Assembly: GCF_964355755.1 (NCBI RefSeq)
Contig: NC_092676.1
Location: 20,974,871-21,038,870, forward strand
Source: Antedon mediterranea
Lineage: Eukaryota; Animalia; Echinodermata
Direction of reading: 5' to 3'
Length of the DNA: 64,000 bases
Shown here: piece after piece, positions 10,260-25,200 of the stretch
Position numbering within the stretch: position 1 is the stretch's first letter
How the letters are laid out: every line of letters begins with the position of its first letter
Program-made: the position numbers and the translations under genes
Notes under the pieces: model-generated
The model's database searches: none
What the model saw: the letters and a program-made list of their open reading frames with translations, nothing else
What the model was told of the DNA's origin: nothing

Positions 10260-13200
10260 ATGGAAGTAATAACATCAGTTTGGAGAATATACTTATTAAC
10301 CCTCTGCATTGGAGTGAATTCTGCTTCAAAGAAAAATCGAAATTTAGAAACGTGTGAAGATTTAGCCGTATCAAATGTGTGTTCAGATGCTGGCTTACCA
10401 TACTCTTCCACCCGTTTTCCCAATGACTTCAACCATTTCGATATACGTACGGCTGATGATGTACTTCTTGAAGAATATTTGCCACTGTTTAACTCAGGAT
10501 GTTCGGAATATATCCGACCATTTGTGTGCTCCGTATTCTTTCCCGAGTGCCGTCGTAGAAGAAGGGAAGAGAGTATAAGACCATGTAGAGAACTTTGCCA
10601 AAAGGTAAGAATAACGATTTGTCAAAACAAGGTAAAGTTAAAATTTAAGTAAAGAGATACATTTTCAGCTTCAGTTTATTTTTATTTAAAAACACACTGT
10701 ACAGCAAAATAGTCTATATTTATTTGTCATCCACTATTACTTACGAACTTGCAATCAATTACATTATTTAGGCCTACTATTTTGATATAGGGCAGTACTG
10801 TTAGTTGCCTTTTGACTGCCTTTTTAGCTGTTCCATCAACAATGTTCTGTATGTTTAAATACTATAGCTTTAGTTTATTTTAGTTTAGTACTGGAGTTTT
10901 CTCACTATGTAAATATTGTGGAATATTTTATTATAGGCCTACTGATATGTTGTGCAATAACGAATATAGGCCTATAGGAATATAGGCCTATGTAATTTTA
11001 ATGTTCAACTTGTAAGCGTATGGTAACTACTTGAAATGTGACGGATAAAACAAGAACCTTTTCTGACAATATGCAAATAGAACAGTTATTGCATTCATTA
11101 CTGAGCACAAAGACAAGAGTGTTTAGTTCTAACAAAACGAATTAAGAGCCACTTAAGTGAAGTGGAAATGGGTCCGTTGTTTGCACACCCTCTGCGTTTA
11201 ATTGGTTTCACTAATTAGGTACTTTAATTCTTTAGACTTTAACTCATGAAACGGTGAGTGTTTTTTCCCTATTGAGATTGCATAAAGGCGTGTTTTACTT
11301 CAAATCAGGTGGGTTTCCCAAGTCAGAAATTGGAAACTTCAAAGACTGGTCAACTTTTGTCCTCCATGATTCAACAAAATATCTAGACTACTTTATTTAG
11401 ACATCATGGTTTATTAATATCGTATACAGTCTAAATGTACCAGAGCTATTTCAATTATTTCCATGATGGATGTTCTAAACGCGATACTGAGTAACATTAC
11501 TTTTTTTTTGTGGAAAAATTGAACAAATGAACCTTTTTTTAATGGTACTGTTTAATCTTTTCTCACACACCCAAATAACGAGACGTCTTTGTTTTTATGA
11601 CATAAGGTTAGAATTAGGTTATAATAAAACATCATAACAATTTCTGTTAATGGATTTAACCGCATATTTAAAAGCTACAAAATAAAAGTTCACCTATAAA
11701 CCTGAGCAAAGTAATAACATGTGTTTAGATGTAATTTTGTTATTCGCATATATTTGCTACCAAAACTCCTATGTCAAGGACTGTATGGCCGTACATTGCC
11801 ATAAAATATAATGAATTAATTGAATATCAAGATAGGCAGAAAATGTTTAGCTGTGTACTGCGTGTTAGACAAGAACTAATTGTTGTGTGAATTTGTAGGT
11901 GAGAAACAAACAATAGTTTTTTCTGATAAATAAAATTTAATATAAAAATATTAATATTTAAAATAACTATTATTACTTGATGTTTCGATCTCCTGTCATT
12001 TGCATAAAGATTTAAAACCCCAGCGTTTTGTCAACTCAAGATAAAACATTGTTTGTAGAAATACCAGAATCTAACAGTAATTGATTTCGACACGAAACAC
12101 GTTCCGCTGTCAAGAGAGTTAGCTTTAAGGGCTGTGCTTACCAATTAAACAATTGCCTTTTATTGGGACTATTGTCAAGGGGTACTTTTCATTTGAACGA
12201 ACTGTACTTAAGGGGGGTTAAGTTTAATTACTTGTCAGGGCCAAATTATTTCGCACCACCTCCCCGGTTCCACTACAAGCGTCACCATCTCTGAGAAAGT
12301 TTATTACAGATATAAATATACTTTGATTTAAATTCCCAGACAACAGTCAATTATAACACATATTGTTATTTATTTAAAAAAATGATAATACTGACTGTGG
12401 TATACAATTTACACTTGTAAACAATGCGGATTTGAACGCGATATTATTGGTTCACACTGAGTTATTTTGAACTAGACATGTATTAAATATATATTTATTA
12501 TTTATGAGTTAGTTTGACTTTGAATATTTGTACTATTCATGGTGTGAACATGATTTATGTTTTGAACTATGATAAACAACATAATATACATGAACGAAAG
12601 AAATACATGATATGATTTAGATACATTATACCAACTTGAGATGTGAATGGTGAGAATGACTCTAATGACTGGGTATACCACTGGCCCTTGCTGGGATAGA
12701 AATTCTCCGGGGGTCTTAATTCAGCACCAATTGGAAGCTTAGGAAACATCTTTAAAAATCTAAATTGTTATTGTCATGTTTAGAGCATGAACCACTTCAG
12801 CGAATTTGTATTTAAATCACAACTGAAATTTATAAAACATTAGGCCTATATAAGCTCATAACATTATACACATTAAACACGGGTAACATTATTACCATTT
12901 TGTGTGATGTCAATCAAAACAAGTGTAACGTAACATATTCAATTAAACAAATAAGCAACAGTTTGTGGTGATAAAATGAGTGTAAATTTGTTTTCATTGC
13001 TCAGGTGTGTTATTTAACGGTAAATTTAACTTCATTTTACACAAGAGATAAAAATCACTGAACTATCATAATGAATCATGGGATGGTTTATGATATAGTA
13101 ATTGATATTGGGAGAATAATATGCATTGTTATACATTTATTAAATATAGTTAGAGACACGTCATTTGGGTTGGATACACACGCCCATTAAGTCATTTTGA

Positions 13201-16200
13201 TGATGATTTTGATAATCATGATAAATATGTGTACCTGTCCAATCTAAAGTTCGTGATGACTTCTCTTTTACCCGATTACGGCGTAAAGAAGGCTGCATTT
13301 GGCTTTCGCAAAAATATTATTCTGAAAAATAAAATAAATAATCTGGAAAATTAGCTGAATGGCTAAAGAGAAATTAAGGGTGCCTGTTACCAGTTTGAAG
13401 TATCGGTTGTGTGTGTGTTACACAGGTCGGAGAGAGGGTAGACATTTTGGGTCATGATAAAGGTCGATGATGATGGTGATGTCGTAATGATGATAGGTCT
13501 TTAACATCATGAACGCATGGTTGGAACATGGACCTAAAATTAGATTTATAGATCTATAATCTAATATATAGGTCCATAGTTGGAAACCAAACCGGTAAGA
13601 CCCATGTTTCACATGGTTTTTAATGAATTCAGACCGAATAAACAACAGTGTTACTTGGCAAGCTAGTGTATTTTTTCAATCTAAGGTACTTTGTTTTATA
13701 GATTTAATTGCAGTACCTGTACACACCGTCAATATTGTCGTCTCGTTGGTCAGACAGCATGTATAGTATTAGCAATGTTAGCGAGCGGAACTAATTTGTT
13801 TGAATATGGTACTTTATTCATCGCATTGTGCAAAGTTTTGTTGGCGTGGCGAGGATTATTGTTAATTATTGTTTACCAATCACCAAAATTAATTAAATTC
13901 ATGTACATGATTAGGCTGCCAATCACGATGTTTGTTACGTGCGGTATGACATAGTTAAGTTTGTTTTCTAACACTTATTTTTTTGTTGACATTGTTGAAA
14001 CAGTGGGGAATGAACTACTTAAGTGCACTGCAAATAATAAGTCGAAAACTTAATTAAAGCGTGGCGGAGTATCAAACATAAATGACGACGCCGTCAGTTT
14101 GCTTGGTTATCGTCTAGGCCTAGGCCTATAGATATTTGAGAAAAAAAATGACTGAACAACAGAGATTATGTCTCGCTATGTACCGAAACCGTTGTAACAT
14201 ATATTTATCATAATACATCAAGGAATGTTTACTGGAGGATATAAACGAATTTTATACAGAAAGCGACGACTACAGTTAGGCCTAAACTCTACTTAATTCT
14301 CAATGGCCAGCCTTATGCTTAAAAGCAGTTAGGTTGCTTTGAATATGAATCATCGGAACTTTCCGTGTGATTTAATTTTCAAAATGTTTTCTGCTGTTAA
14401 ATGAGACATTTGATAAGTGCAATCTCCCCTTCCCTCCACCCTGCGTGCATACATACCGGTACCATAGGCCTACTACACAGATACAAGCAGGCCTACAATA
14501 TGCACTACGCATACGTACATTTAAATCAATACAGAATCAATCGTTTTTATTTAAGTATTCATTGTAATCCTAATAACTTAACACTTTCTCTAATTTCATA
14601 TTCAGTCTTTTCAAAACGTCATTGTTGTCTCATACAATTTCACACGCTGACTTACTTGTCTGTGGTTCCAACAACAATAGTACGTGATGTATCGAATTAT
14701 ACACTTATATCAAGTTTCTTGGTACAATATGTCTATATTGTATATAGAAGCTTTCTTATATTAGTGTATTGTACTGTCAAATGACATGAGGCTGATCCCA
14801 AGACATTTATTGTTAATATACCAAAGTTAGAACAACTTAGGCCTTACGTGTGTCTTTCAACAAGAAGCCAAATGGCCTAGAGGGTAATTCCTGAGCCGAA
14901 TCTATATTCTCCTTGGTGAAACTCGTGTCCTAATTAATTTGTTGAAAGTTTGATAAACATTTACGGTAACTTGTAAATTCTTTGCTATAGGCCTATAGGC
15001 CTACTATCCAACCTGGTCTCCCTAATTTCATTGTTTATTTATATATTGAAATAGAAATGAAATGAACATTATTGAAGGATTTTCCCAAATACAGTGTACT
15101 CCATGACATGTGCCGGAAATGAAGAAGTTTTAGTTTTTCCAGTATTGTTAGTGTATGAGAAACATGTAAACCTGACCTGTATTTGGGATGCTCCGCAGAA
15201 TAAAGATAAAGATATGAACCTTTAAAATCATAGTATACCGTATTAGGTACGATTGCCAGGGAAAATACTCATGGAACTTGTACTATGTCAGTATTGACAT
15301 GGGACGTGCGTCGAAATTATATGGACCATCAAGCAACCTATGTGGGCTTCCGAATTAGTTTTCTAACTACCCCGTAAGGAAATCACATTCTTGTCATACA
15401 AGACCTGGTCTTTTGTAGATCTCTAGGCAAATATCTACCGCCCGGTCGTTACACCAGTTTAGCTAACATAACAAAACGCAAGTTTGTTTCAAGGGACGTA
15501 TTTTGAACCAAGTTTGTTGCACGCTCGAATGCAATCGAAAATTAGATGTCACATCGGTCATTAATTCCAACGTATGTTGGCCTACTGGTGGTCCCTAATA
15601 AGGAGTAATATCCTTTGATTTATATTCGTTACCATAACAATTTAAATAACCGACAACCCGACAAACGTTACCGCCACTAAGCATAACCAAAATATGGTAT
15701 TTTATATTTTTAAGGTTTGTGAAACGACATATGTTCTCCATGGAAAACATTGTTTAATGTCATACCTATATTATTTTTTTATTTGTAAATGTTCAGCCGA
15801 TTCTTAGTACTGTATATTATGTATATTATATTATTAGGCCTATAGGAATATTTGTGTTTAACAAGTATTTGGTAGTAACCTAAACCTTACATGATACAGA
15901 CACCACATGTGATATAAATGAGATGCTGTTTTACTACCAGATGTGGAGATACTACAGTCGGAATCGGGTGAAATTTTCTAGATTTCGTTTGTCGTGGTAT
16001 TATATTGAATCATATGTCTCGTCTTTATAACTTAATTTTCTTTTGTGTCATCCTGCCTGAAGGTTTTTGATAACGGGAATTAAAATTTAATTTTCTCGTG
16101 CCCCAGGCTGGCCATATAGACACCAATGCTTATAGGAGTAATCCAGTATTCAAAATATATTATGTGATCGAAAAAAATACACAGTAACATTAATTCGTTT

Positions 16201-19200
16201 AAATTCAAAGTAAGCAAAAACCGTGTATGTGATATAATTAGATTATGGTTTGTTAGCTGTGCCCCGGTGGTCATAAGGACCATCCAGTGTGATGGTTAAT
16301 ATATCTCCGTTTGAATAGCAGGTACGTTTGCATTCAATCATGACGTCATAAGTGTTGGTAAAGTATAAGTAATTCTACTACAAGATTTATCCCGATTTCA
16401 GAAAAATTTCATTCCTATAGCTTAGTTGTCGATTTTTAAATAAAGTTTGATCAGCACGAGTCTCGTTTTACGTTTTTTTTTTATTGTTAACGTATTAAGC
16501 CTAACTGTTAATTGTTGACAATGAGTTACGATACATAAAATGAGAAAGAAAAAAATATTTGAATTCTTTTTCCCCTGGTTATTTGCTGTTTGTAATATGT
16601 GTATTCCTTATGTTTATGTTATTTAAACAGTGAAATTGAAAAAAAAAATATATATCACGAGTCTTGTTAACCAAAAATATATTTCAACAACACAATAGGC
16701 CTATGTTCTGTACAACATACAGTCTGTAGGCCTACATCATATTTACAGTTAAAAACAATCGACGCCTTTTATTTATATCGTTTCCTGTATACAGACAAAA
16801 CATAATTATACTATATTGATAAACTCAGTATCGTAATAATTATGTTTTTGTAAAAGGTTAACGTTATTGAACCATAACAGAAATGTTTACAGTATGAGCG
16901 GCACTCGTTTAAGGAGTGCCGATCGAATTGCTTTTTAGCTCACTATGTCGGTCGGTCGGTAAACACTAAATCAAATTTGCGCACGCGACTGCAGCCATGT
17001 ATATTGCCTTGTTTTTTCTTCATTGACAAACAGAAACTGCTTTATGACAGACAACAGTAGTATTGGCCAAACAGTATAGTTGCCATAGATAATTATAGTA
17101 TAATATATCTATATGGTAGTTGCAGATATACCGTTTACAAATATTCAAATATTGTTCTTATACCAATTATTAAATTTCGAGCAAAATGTATTATGAAGTT
17201 AGAAGAATATCGTAAACTACTTTTCGTATCCTTGTATTTATATAGTTGTTAGTGATTGTCAGTGGAAAATGAAGATGTAACTGACAAGTATTTTTGGCAA
17301 TTCGGCCTAAGGCATTAACACTGAATGGATGTAACAACACAGATTAATTCCGATAGGTTTACATCTTAACCAGGTGTAGCATAGCTCCAGGTCGCTGTTT
17401 GGCTCATCTTGATCTGATTTAAAGTAGCGTGTCAAACACTTTATCATTCTCTCTCCTCCCGCTCTCTCTCTCTCTCCCCCACTCTCAATTTTGATTTGGT
17501 ATTAGCAGACAGATCTCCCTGCTTACATTACCAACTGGTAAAAGAATGTGAATTGAATTGCTTACGGTATTTCAAATTTAGCCTATATAATATAATTTAC
17601 GCTTGTGCGAATCTACTTATATTTAAACCTGTTTAAACACGTTTTTGTATTGGACGTATATAAACACATAGGCGTGTATCTCAATGACATGCGATAGTCA
17701 GTTAGAATGTATCTAGCGACAGTTGCCGTATCCGGTGCTATAATATAAACCATCGGCACTAATCGGAGCTCATAACGAATATTTGAATAGATTCGCCATT
17801 TTATAGTGGAAAAACGCGCTTTACACGTGTCTTCGTAAAGATTAAAGTCTGTCTATACTATCACACTTTATGTGCCCATATGTGGACATGATGATGTCAT
17901 GTCACTACCATATTTAAGCATATCATCACTACCATATTTGGGCACATCACACTTTTTTGTCAAACTAGTTTGATGAGTGTAGAACTTTAATTTAGAGTTT
18001 AATGGATACGGTACCAATATATCAGCAGTAAATACGTATCCATTATATGAATATCAAGTATCAACGTTACTAAAATACACCTGTGTTACGTTAATACAGA
18101 TATCATTCTACTATTCTCTGTAAATACATATAGTAAGTTTATATTGTGATTATAAGGATCATAAAGTAATACTTAATTATTGCTTCAAGCTGAGGGGTTG
18201 TGACGTTTGAGATTCGCGTAACCGGCAGTGAGGCCCCGCAGAGGAATATTTGACTTATTTTCAATCGCAGTATGGCACGCCGGAAGACGACGTTGTGATG
18301 GGTGGTTCTTGTCAATTATTTTTTATGTGAATGATGTTTAGATGTTTATGACAATTGTAAACATGATTTATGATTTTTATGTAATTCTACCATGATGATG
18401 ACAACATGATGATACTCTTACAAATATTTACAATTATTTTATAGCTCCATGTCGATACCTAGAAATGAATATTTACTAATGAAATAACATGATACCAATT
18501 GAATAACAGCGTGTGGTAGTTTAAACAAAGATATGTCACGGTAATTTTATGGTAATTAAGACGGTGTCAAACACGGCTGGAAGGTTCCAAGATCGTGACA
18601 GTAAAAATAATGATAGAATTTTGATATAATGTTGATGATCATGACAAGTTAAAAAATACAGTGCAAGTAGGGGCCTAATTAGTAGCGTTTTTGCAGAGCA
18701 CAATTTTATTATTTGTAAGAGCAAAAATTATCATTTCACCTTATAGGCCTCGTGTCAAGTATTTCGTTTCCATGTTTCATGTATGTGTCAGGCCTACATT
18801 ATCTTTGTACTCTTGTGACAAGAATAAGAATAACTTAAATAGTAGATGATTACAAAGAGTAAACAGTTTTGAATCTAAGCTTTTTATTTTGCAGGCACGA
18901 GAAAATTGCAAACCAACATTTTCAAGCTATGGGCAGAGCTGGCCCGCAGTGTTTGAATGCGATAGATTTGAACCATACAAGCCAAAGAGGTCGCGGAAGA
19001 AAGGCAGTGACAACTGCTTCAACTATATGCCCCCACCACCAGGTAAGATTAGACGCCACACCTGTGTCTTGTGTTTGATAGGTGTTTTGGTTTATGCAGT
19101 TGGTAAGGGGTATGTTTGGTTTTTAATACATTGTACGGGTGTTTATCCATGTTAAAATAGGGTGAAATATTGGGGTTAATAGCAATAAAGGTGATTGTAT

Positions 19201-22200
19201 AATAAGGTGGTATAATTAAGAATTGGGTGCAGATCACTGTTATTTAGTAGGCCTAGTAATAATATTATTGATAGATATTACGTAGGCCCTATTTCGAATG
19301 CATTGCTTTAACATTTCAAGTAATTTTTTTGTGCTATTTTATAAACAATTTACAGTGTGAAAAGAACCTAATTTTTACATTAATTTAACCTCTTTTCACT
19401 GCAGAATATTATAGCCTTTTATTTTTATTTTCAATTGTTTCTTTAATTTCATTTTATTTAATACATACAGTAACAATTTGACGACGTATTTCTACATTCA
19501 GCCAAAATATTACATATCGTGTATTTGACCTCATACAGTACAACACTATTAAACCTAAGCCATTGTAATTACTATACGTGTCGACAAGGCTGCTCTATGC
19601 CCTTATTGTTTCACCCTTCTCCTAAATCTAATAATCACGTTTATTTAATCCACCGCGGGATGTTGATTATAAAATTATTCCTTGTATATTACTTCATATA
19701 AACATCAACAGAATCGAGATGTCCCATGCGGTTTTGTAATGTAATTATATTAAGTTAAATTATAGCATTATGTCGGAATTAAATGTGATAAAACAATGTA
19801 AATTGTGTTATTTTGAAATCAATTTATACTAGGAAAAATAACCATTTTAAACAATTTCAGGGTATGATTGTTTCAAAATTGTTAAATAAAATTGTTTTAT
19901 TGATTAATAAGTTTAATTGAAACGTTCCGCAGGCACGCAGAAGGACACTATGATAAGGTGTACTGATTAATTGAAAATTATCATCTACCTTCAGGAGGTG
20001 TCGAGGACAAGTGCTTTGTTTGCAATATCGCTATGGGGTTTTGCTAATTAGACCTACCTGAAAAAAAAACTTCAAAAAGGGCCGAAATTATAGATACACA
20101 GTTAGGAGACTTTCCAACTGAGTTTGGGCATGGAGGTCTTTTTTATACCCCCATGGTTTGGGCAGGTTTCAATCTTTGTTGTTATAGGGCCTGAACATAC
20201 AAAGTGCTTGTGGCTTAATGCGACCTTTCTTATGAGCATGACCAGAATGACTAAGAATTGGGTGCAGATCACTGTTATTTAGTTTCTTTCCAGGATCTAT
20301 TAGAGCCTTAAATATGATGTAGACTTTTTTTTGTAATGTTCTTGTTTTTTGAGTTCGTGTTGTGTCCGTTGGATATTGTGCTCCGCCAACAGAGCAAACA
20401 GAATTTCTATGTTTTTCCTAAAACAAATGATAATAAATGATACTTGACTTGACTTGACTATTGGACTCAATAGCTGTGTACTCGCGCGGCGTGTCGTGAA
20501 AGCGAACACTCGCTATTATTTTATATTCAATACATAATGCCTTATTGGTAAAAGGTTTCGTTTATAAATACGCATAACCAACCATTAAAAGGACCATAGG
20601 CCTACTGTAATATTATGAAATCATCTCTTAAGCGAAATATCTGTATTTGGGTGCACATGCTATTAACACGTTTAAGTTCAAAGAGTTCATTATACAAATT
20701 ACCTCACCCAACGAACGAATGCAAACCCTTCCAATTTAATTTACCAAAAGTATGGAACCGATTAATACTACTGCATAACCTACTTATTGGGCGAACAAAG
20801 CAACTTCACACCCCTTAACTTGATATTAATTCTCCAAAGCTAGGGAGATAACTCGGTCACTAAGTTGAGTTATTCAATCAATCACATTTACTTTTTTAAT
20901 GTGAATACGCCTAGGCCTATACAAAAGTACTGTATATAGTCTTATACTTTTGATATCGTAACTATAACCATGAACTTGTTGGTACTCCCCAGTGTCTGCC
21001 GCGTCTCCAATTTATCTAAACAACAAAATGATAGGTTTTTCGTTTATGAAATCATAAAAATACACGACCATACAGAAGTAAGATGCGAATCTTTCGTATA
21101 AAACACATTTTTATTTTATGAACTGACATTTGTGTTTAAGAACTGTAGCTATTTTCTAAAACTTGAAACGTATTTGGTGTTGCTAGGCCTATTAGTAATT
21201 ACTATAGTCTTTTTTCATTTATATGTAATTTTACTTTCTATGGACCAGAGATTCCGAAATAAAAGACTGAATAGAAGATTGATTATATAAATATTTAAGT
21301 TAAACCATAATCAATAACTGCTCTTTGCTCCAAAAGACTTTTGTAGCCAGCCTGCTGATATTGGACCGTGCAACAGACTGACTGGAAAGTTTTTCTTCGA
21401 TGAAAATGCTCAGATATGCCGTTCGTTTACGTACGGTGGCTGCGCTGGAAATAGAAATCGTTTCGAAACAAAAGAAGATTGTCAATCCGTTTGTATGAGA
21501 CAGAAAACAGGTGACCACTGATTGCGGATTGTGGATTGCAAAATTAGAATTAACACCTTTAGATGTTTGAAGTGACATAATCTACTAATCTGCATTTTAA
21601 TTAATCTTTTTCCTTCATCCAGCATCTTGCTTTCCCGTAGTTTTAAAAGTATATGGAGAAGCACAGCCGTAACTTGTTAGTATTACTTAACATGTTTTTC
21701 AACAGAAATGATTGATGTGGTACATGTGTGAAGCATTTAATCCGGTGTTATACAATATAAGCTAAATGCATGTTAACCCCGTTGTATAATGCCACATTTT
21801 GGTATGATGACAATTCAACGTTATCGCAACTTTTTATACACTTATTTACTTATGAAAGTGTATTATATCCACATATTTATTAATTGTTTGCTTTTTTCTT
21901 AACCACGGAGGCCCAGATCAACTCATTGTTGTTCTTCCTCGGGGCGGTGTACACACACAAAATAATATTATATTGTTGTTATAGAGGCTAAATTATTGTT
22001 ATTCGGGCGTGTGGCGCAGTGTGTTTGACGTTATACTACTAACGTGAGATCGAGGTTCGAATCCAACTCTCGCCGCATTGCTTAAATTGTATCCTTAGGC
22101 AAGATACTTTACTTACGTTTGCCTCTCTCCAACAGGTGTATAAATGGGAACCCGGTTAGATAAAGATACAACTTTGCACTGATTACTAGATGCATATGGG

Positions 22201-25200
22201 AGTATGTTTCCATATGTGTTTGATAAAATGACTCTTCAGCGTTTAGAGGTTTCACAACATTAGGCGCTATATAAATCAAGGATATTATATTATTATTATT
22301 AAGTATATAGTTTATTTAAAACAAAACTTTTACAATTGTGGACGAATAAAATGTCAACACCAAGAGTGTTGCATCCAAGTGCACCAAGGCCTGATCAATA
22401 ATAAAGACAAACAACAAATACCTTGTCATACATTTAATATAACATAATGTTATAGGCCACGTACAGAAGCTTCGTTGTGGTACATTGTACTGAACTAGGT
22501 TAATAGATACCTCATGCATGTCACGAACTACTTTGTGATACAATTATATGCAATTAGAACGATACAACTTGTTACTGTTTATTGAAACATTATGTGATCT
22601 AGGCGAGATACTACCACACTCTATTATTACATTATTATCGGTAATGGTGTTTAATAGTATTGCTTTATGGTACCGTCAACATGATGGCACAGTTTGTTCG
22701 TATTGTTCTAATTCTTTATTATTAATAACCCAATTATTGCACGGCTAAAACTTGCACGAAATCCTAATCCATGATATATTATGCCTTATATATATTATAT
22801 TTTATTACATATCAATTGGTTACTTCAATCATAACAACCGGTTGGTGTGTTGGGTGTTGAGAGCTAATTTCAATAATATACTGATCACATCATCAAAATA
22901 GAACCATTTTAGTGGACACATTCTGGACCCAATAAAACCTCCTTTAATAGGCGTGTCCCCTGAATAAGGGTTGACCATAATTGCCCTTCGTTTGTTTTAC
23001 GGGAACGTTTTCCTTAATAGTAGAGGTTCTATGCTCACTGTATACCTATTTTATTACAAGTTTGTTCAAACGTAATTATAGTGTTCGTGTCACTATTTTT
23101 CAGAAGGAAATAACCGCCCGCGAAGACCCGTTACAGAGCCGACAATAGAACAAGAAACACGTGAACAGGACAGAACGTTCCAAGATGAAAACAAAGCAAC
23201 GACTAAAGCAGACGTCTTTCCCACAGTACCTTCTGTTCCACCACTGATTGTCTATCCGCCTGGAAACCACCTAGTGAAGGAGTATGGATCGGTAACTTTA
23301 AAATGTCAAGCATCAGGACCGCCGCCAATAGAATATTCCTGGAATCGACTTGATGGCCCGATGCCAGAAGAAAAGTAAGATCATGCCATGACCAAGTTTT
23401 TAAAACCTAAACTGTACCTAAACTGTTACTGTTCTTGTAGCCGTCTTCTTCTGAAGTCACATGGCCGTCATTGACGGATACTTAGTTGACTTCACTGCTG
23501 GTGTACTCGAGATCTACGTTTATGCCATACTATACACTTTTATTTAATTTTTTTATTTATATAATATTGAGATTATTGTATTCGAATTTATTGTCAATCC
23601 ATGTTATATTCTGAAAATACACAAACTTCTTCCTAAAGTATACACTTTATCAAACATCTTGTATGATGGTCGTGATTATCAAGTAACTAAAGGTCATCAC
23701 TAGGCCAACATATGGAAGTTATGCTGAAGAAATAAGGTCACGTATTTGCCCAGAAAGTTCACTTGTCATAATTGTATATTCCTTGCTTTTTTATAAATTA
23801 TTTTTATATTTAGAATAATGAAAGAAGAAACGTTTGGTCCTGAAGGTTTACTGATCATTGTAAATATGACGTCAGAAGACGCGGGCGAATATTTATGTAC
23901 AGCTGAAAACTTTGAGGGTATTGTTGACTCAATTGCTAAAGTTACCATTTACGGTAAGTTGTCTTTTAACGTTTGAATATATATTCGATCCCGCGAATCG
24001 ATGTTTAATGAGCTCTGATTGGTGCACTTATTTTTCCAAAAAAGGACGATGGAAATGAACACACATGCGCATAATATACGCAGATGGATTCACCTATGTG
24101 GTGGAAAGCATGCTTTAACAAAGCTAGCCTATATTACTCATATACGTTTTGCTTAATATAGCAAAATAAATGTTTGACGACTTATTTTTCTGTTTTTCGA
24201 AATTTGTAATTTTGTTTTCTTGATTTTATTTTGTAGCTGATGTGAAGATATCATCAACATCACGTGTCCTAAACGTGTTAGAAAACGATCGCATAGAAAT
24301 TGTGTGTAATGCAACCGGGTTTCCAGAACCAAATGTATATTGGAGAAGGAAGGCGTTTCCGGATGAAATACTAACAACGTGCGTAATAATTGTGTGTTTC
24401 AAATCACTGAAATTCGGTGTTGAATATCACATAATTCAGTTTCGGCGCATGCGCAGACAATAACCTTATTTTGACTCAATAAGAAGTAAAATAACTGTAT
24501 TTATCTTAATTGTTTCAGTGGTAACGATCTTATAATAGACGCTGCTCAATCAGATGATACCGGGGCCTATGTTTGCGAAGCCTCGAACGTCTATAGCAAG
24601 GCTTCCCATGAAGTACAGGTGGTCGTAAGTGGTAAGGCATCCCAGGAATGAATAAGCCTCTTCTTTAATGCAGCAATCTAGTTCATGATTAACGGGAGAG
24701 GGAGACTGACCCACTGTTGGTGTCCAGTTCGCCGTAGTACACTTTCTAACCGGATAATTAGTTAATACTTTATTAGATTTAATAAACTGTGTTGTTTCTA
24801 TTTTGTAACACCTGTATAAGTTGTGAAATTTAACCGAGTTAATGTTATTAGCATGTGTTGTGAATTGCATATGAAAAGTAACAGTTACTATTATACACAT
24901 ACTAAAGAATACTTAACTAATATTATTTATAAATGTGTTTTTTTTCATAGTCCAAATTTGGATCAATCTTGATGCCTCTTTCTATCTCAAGTATGGAGTT
25001 ACCTCCGCAATACAATGCGTCTTAGAGGGTTATCCAGCTATTGAAGTAACATGGTTTAATGAAAATCAAAACAAAACTGTTCCTATCGAAAGGTAACCAA
25101 TGTCTTTATAATCCCACAATTTAGTGCAAATGCTTTTACTCTTTTAGTTCGCTTTTACAACATTGCAGTCGTTTAATATTTTCCCTCCTTTTGTTTGCTA

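Noticed and set aside
13254-13325. GTGATGA...CTGA possible C/D box snoRNA
   Set aside because: No terminal stem or recognisable guide; such boxes are frequent by chance.
22005-22075. tRNA-like A/B boxes here and at 35565-35652 (minus)
   Set aside because: Both continue into SINE body and tail sequence, so they are SINE heads rather than tRNA genes.
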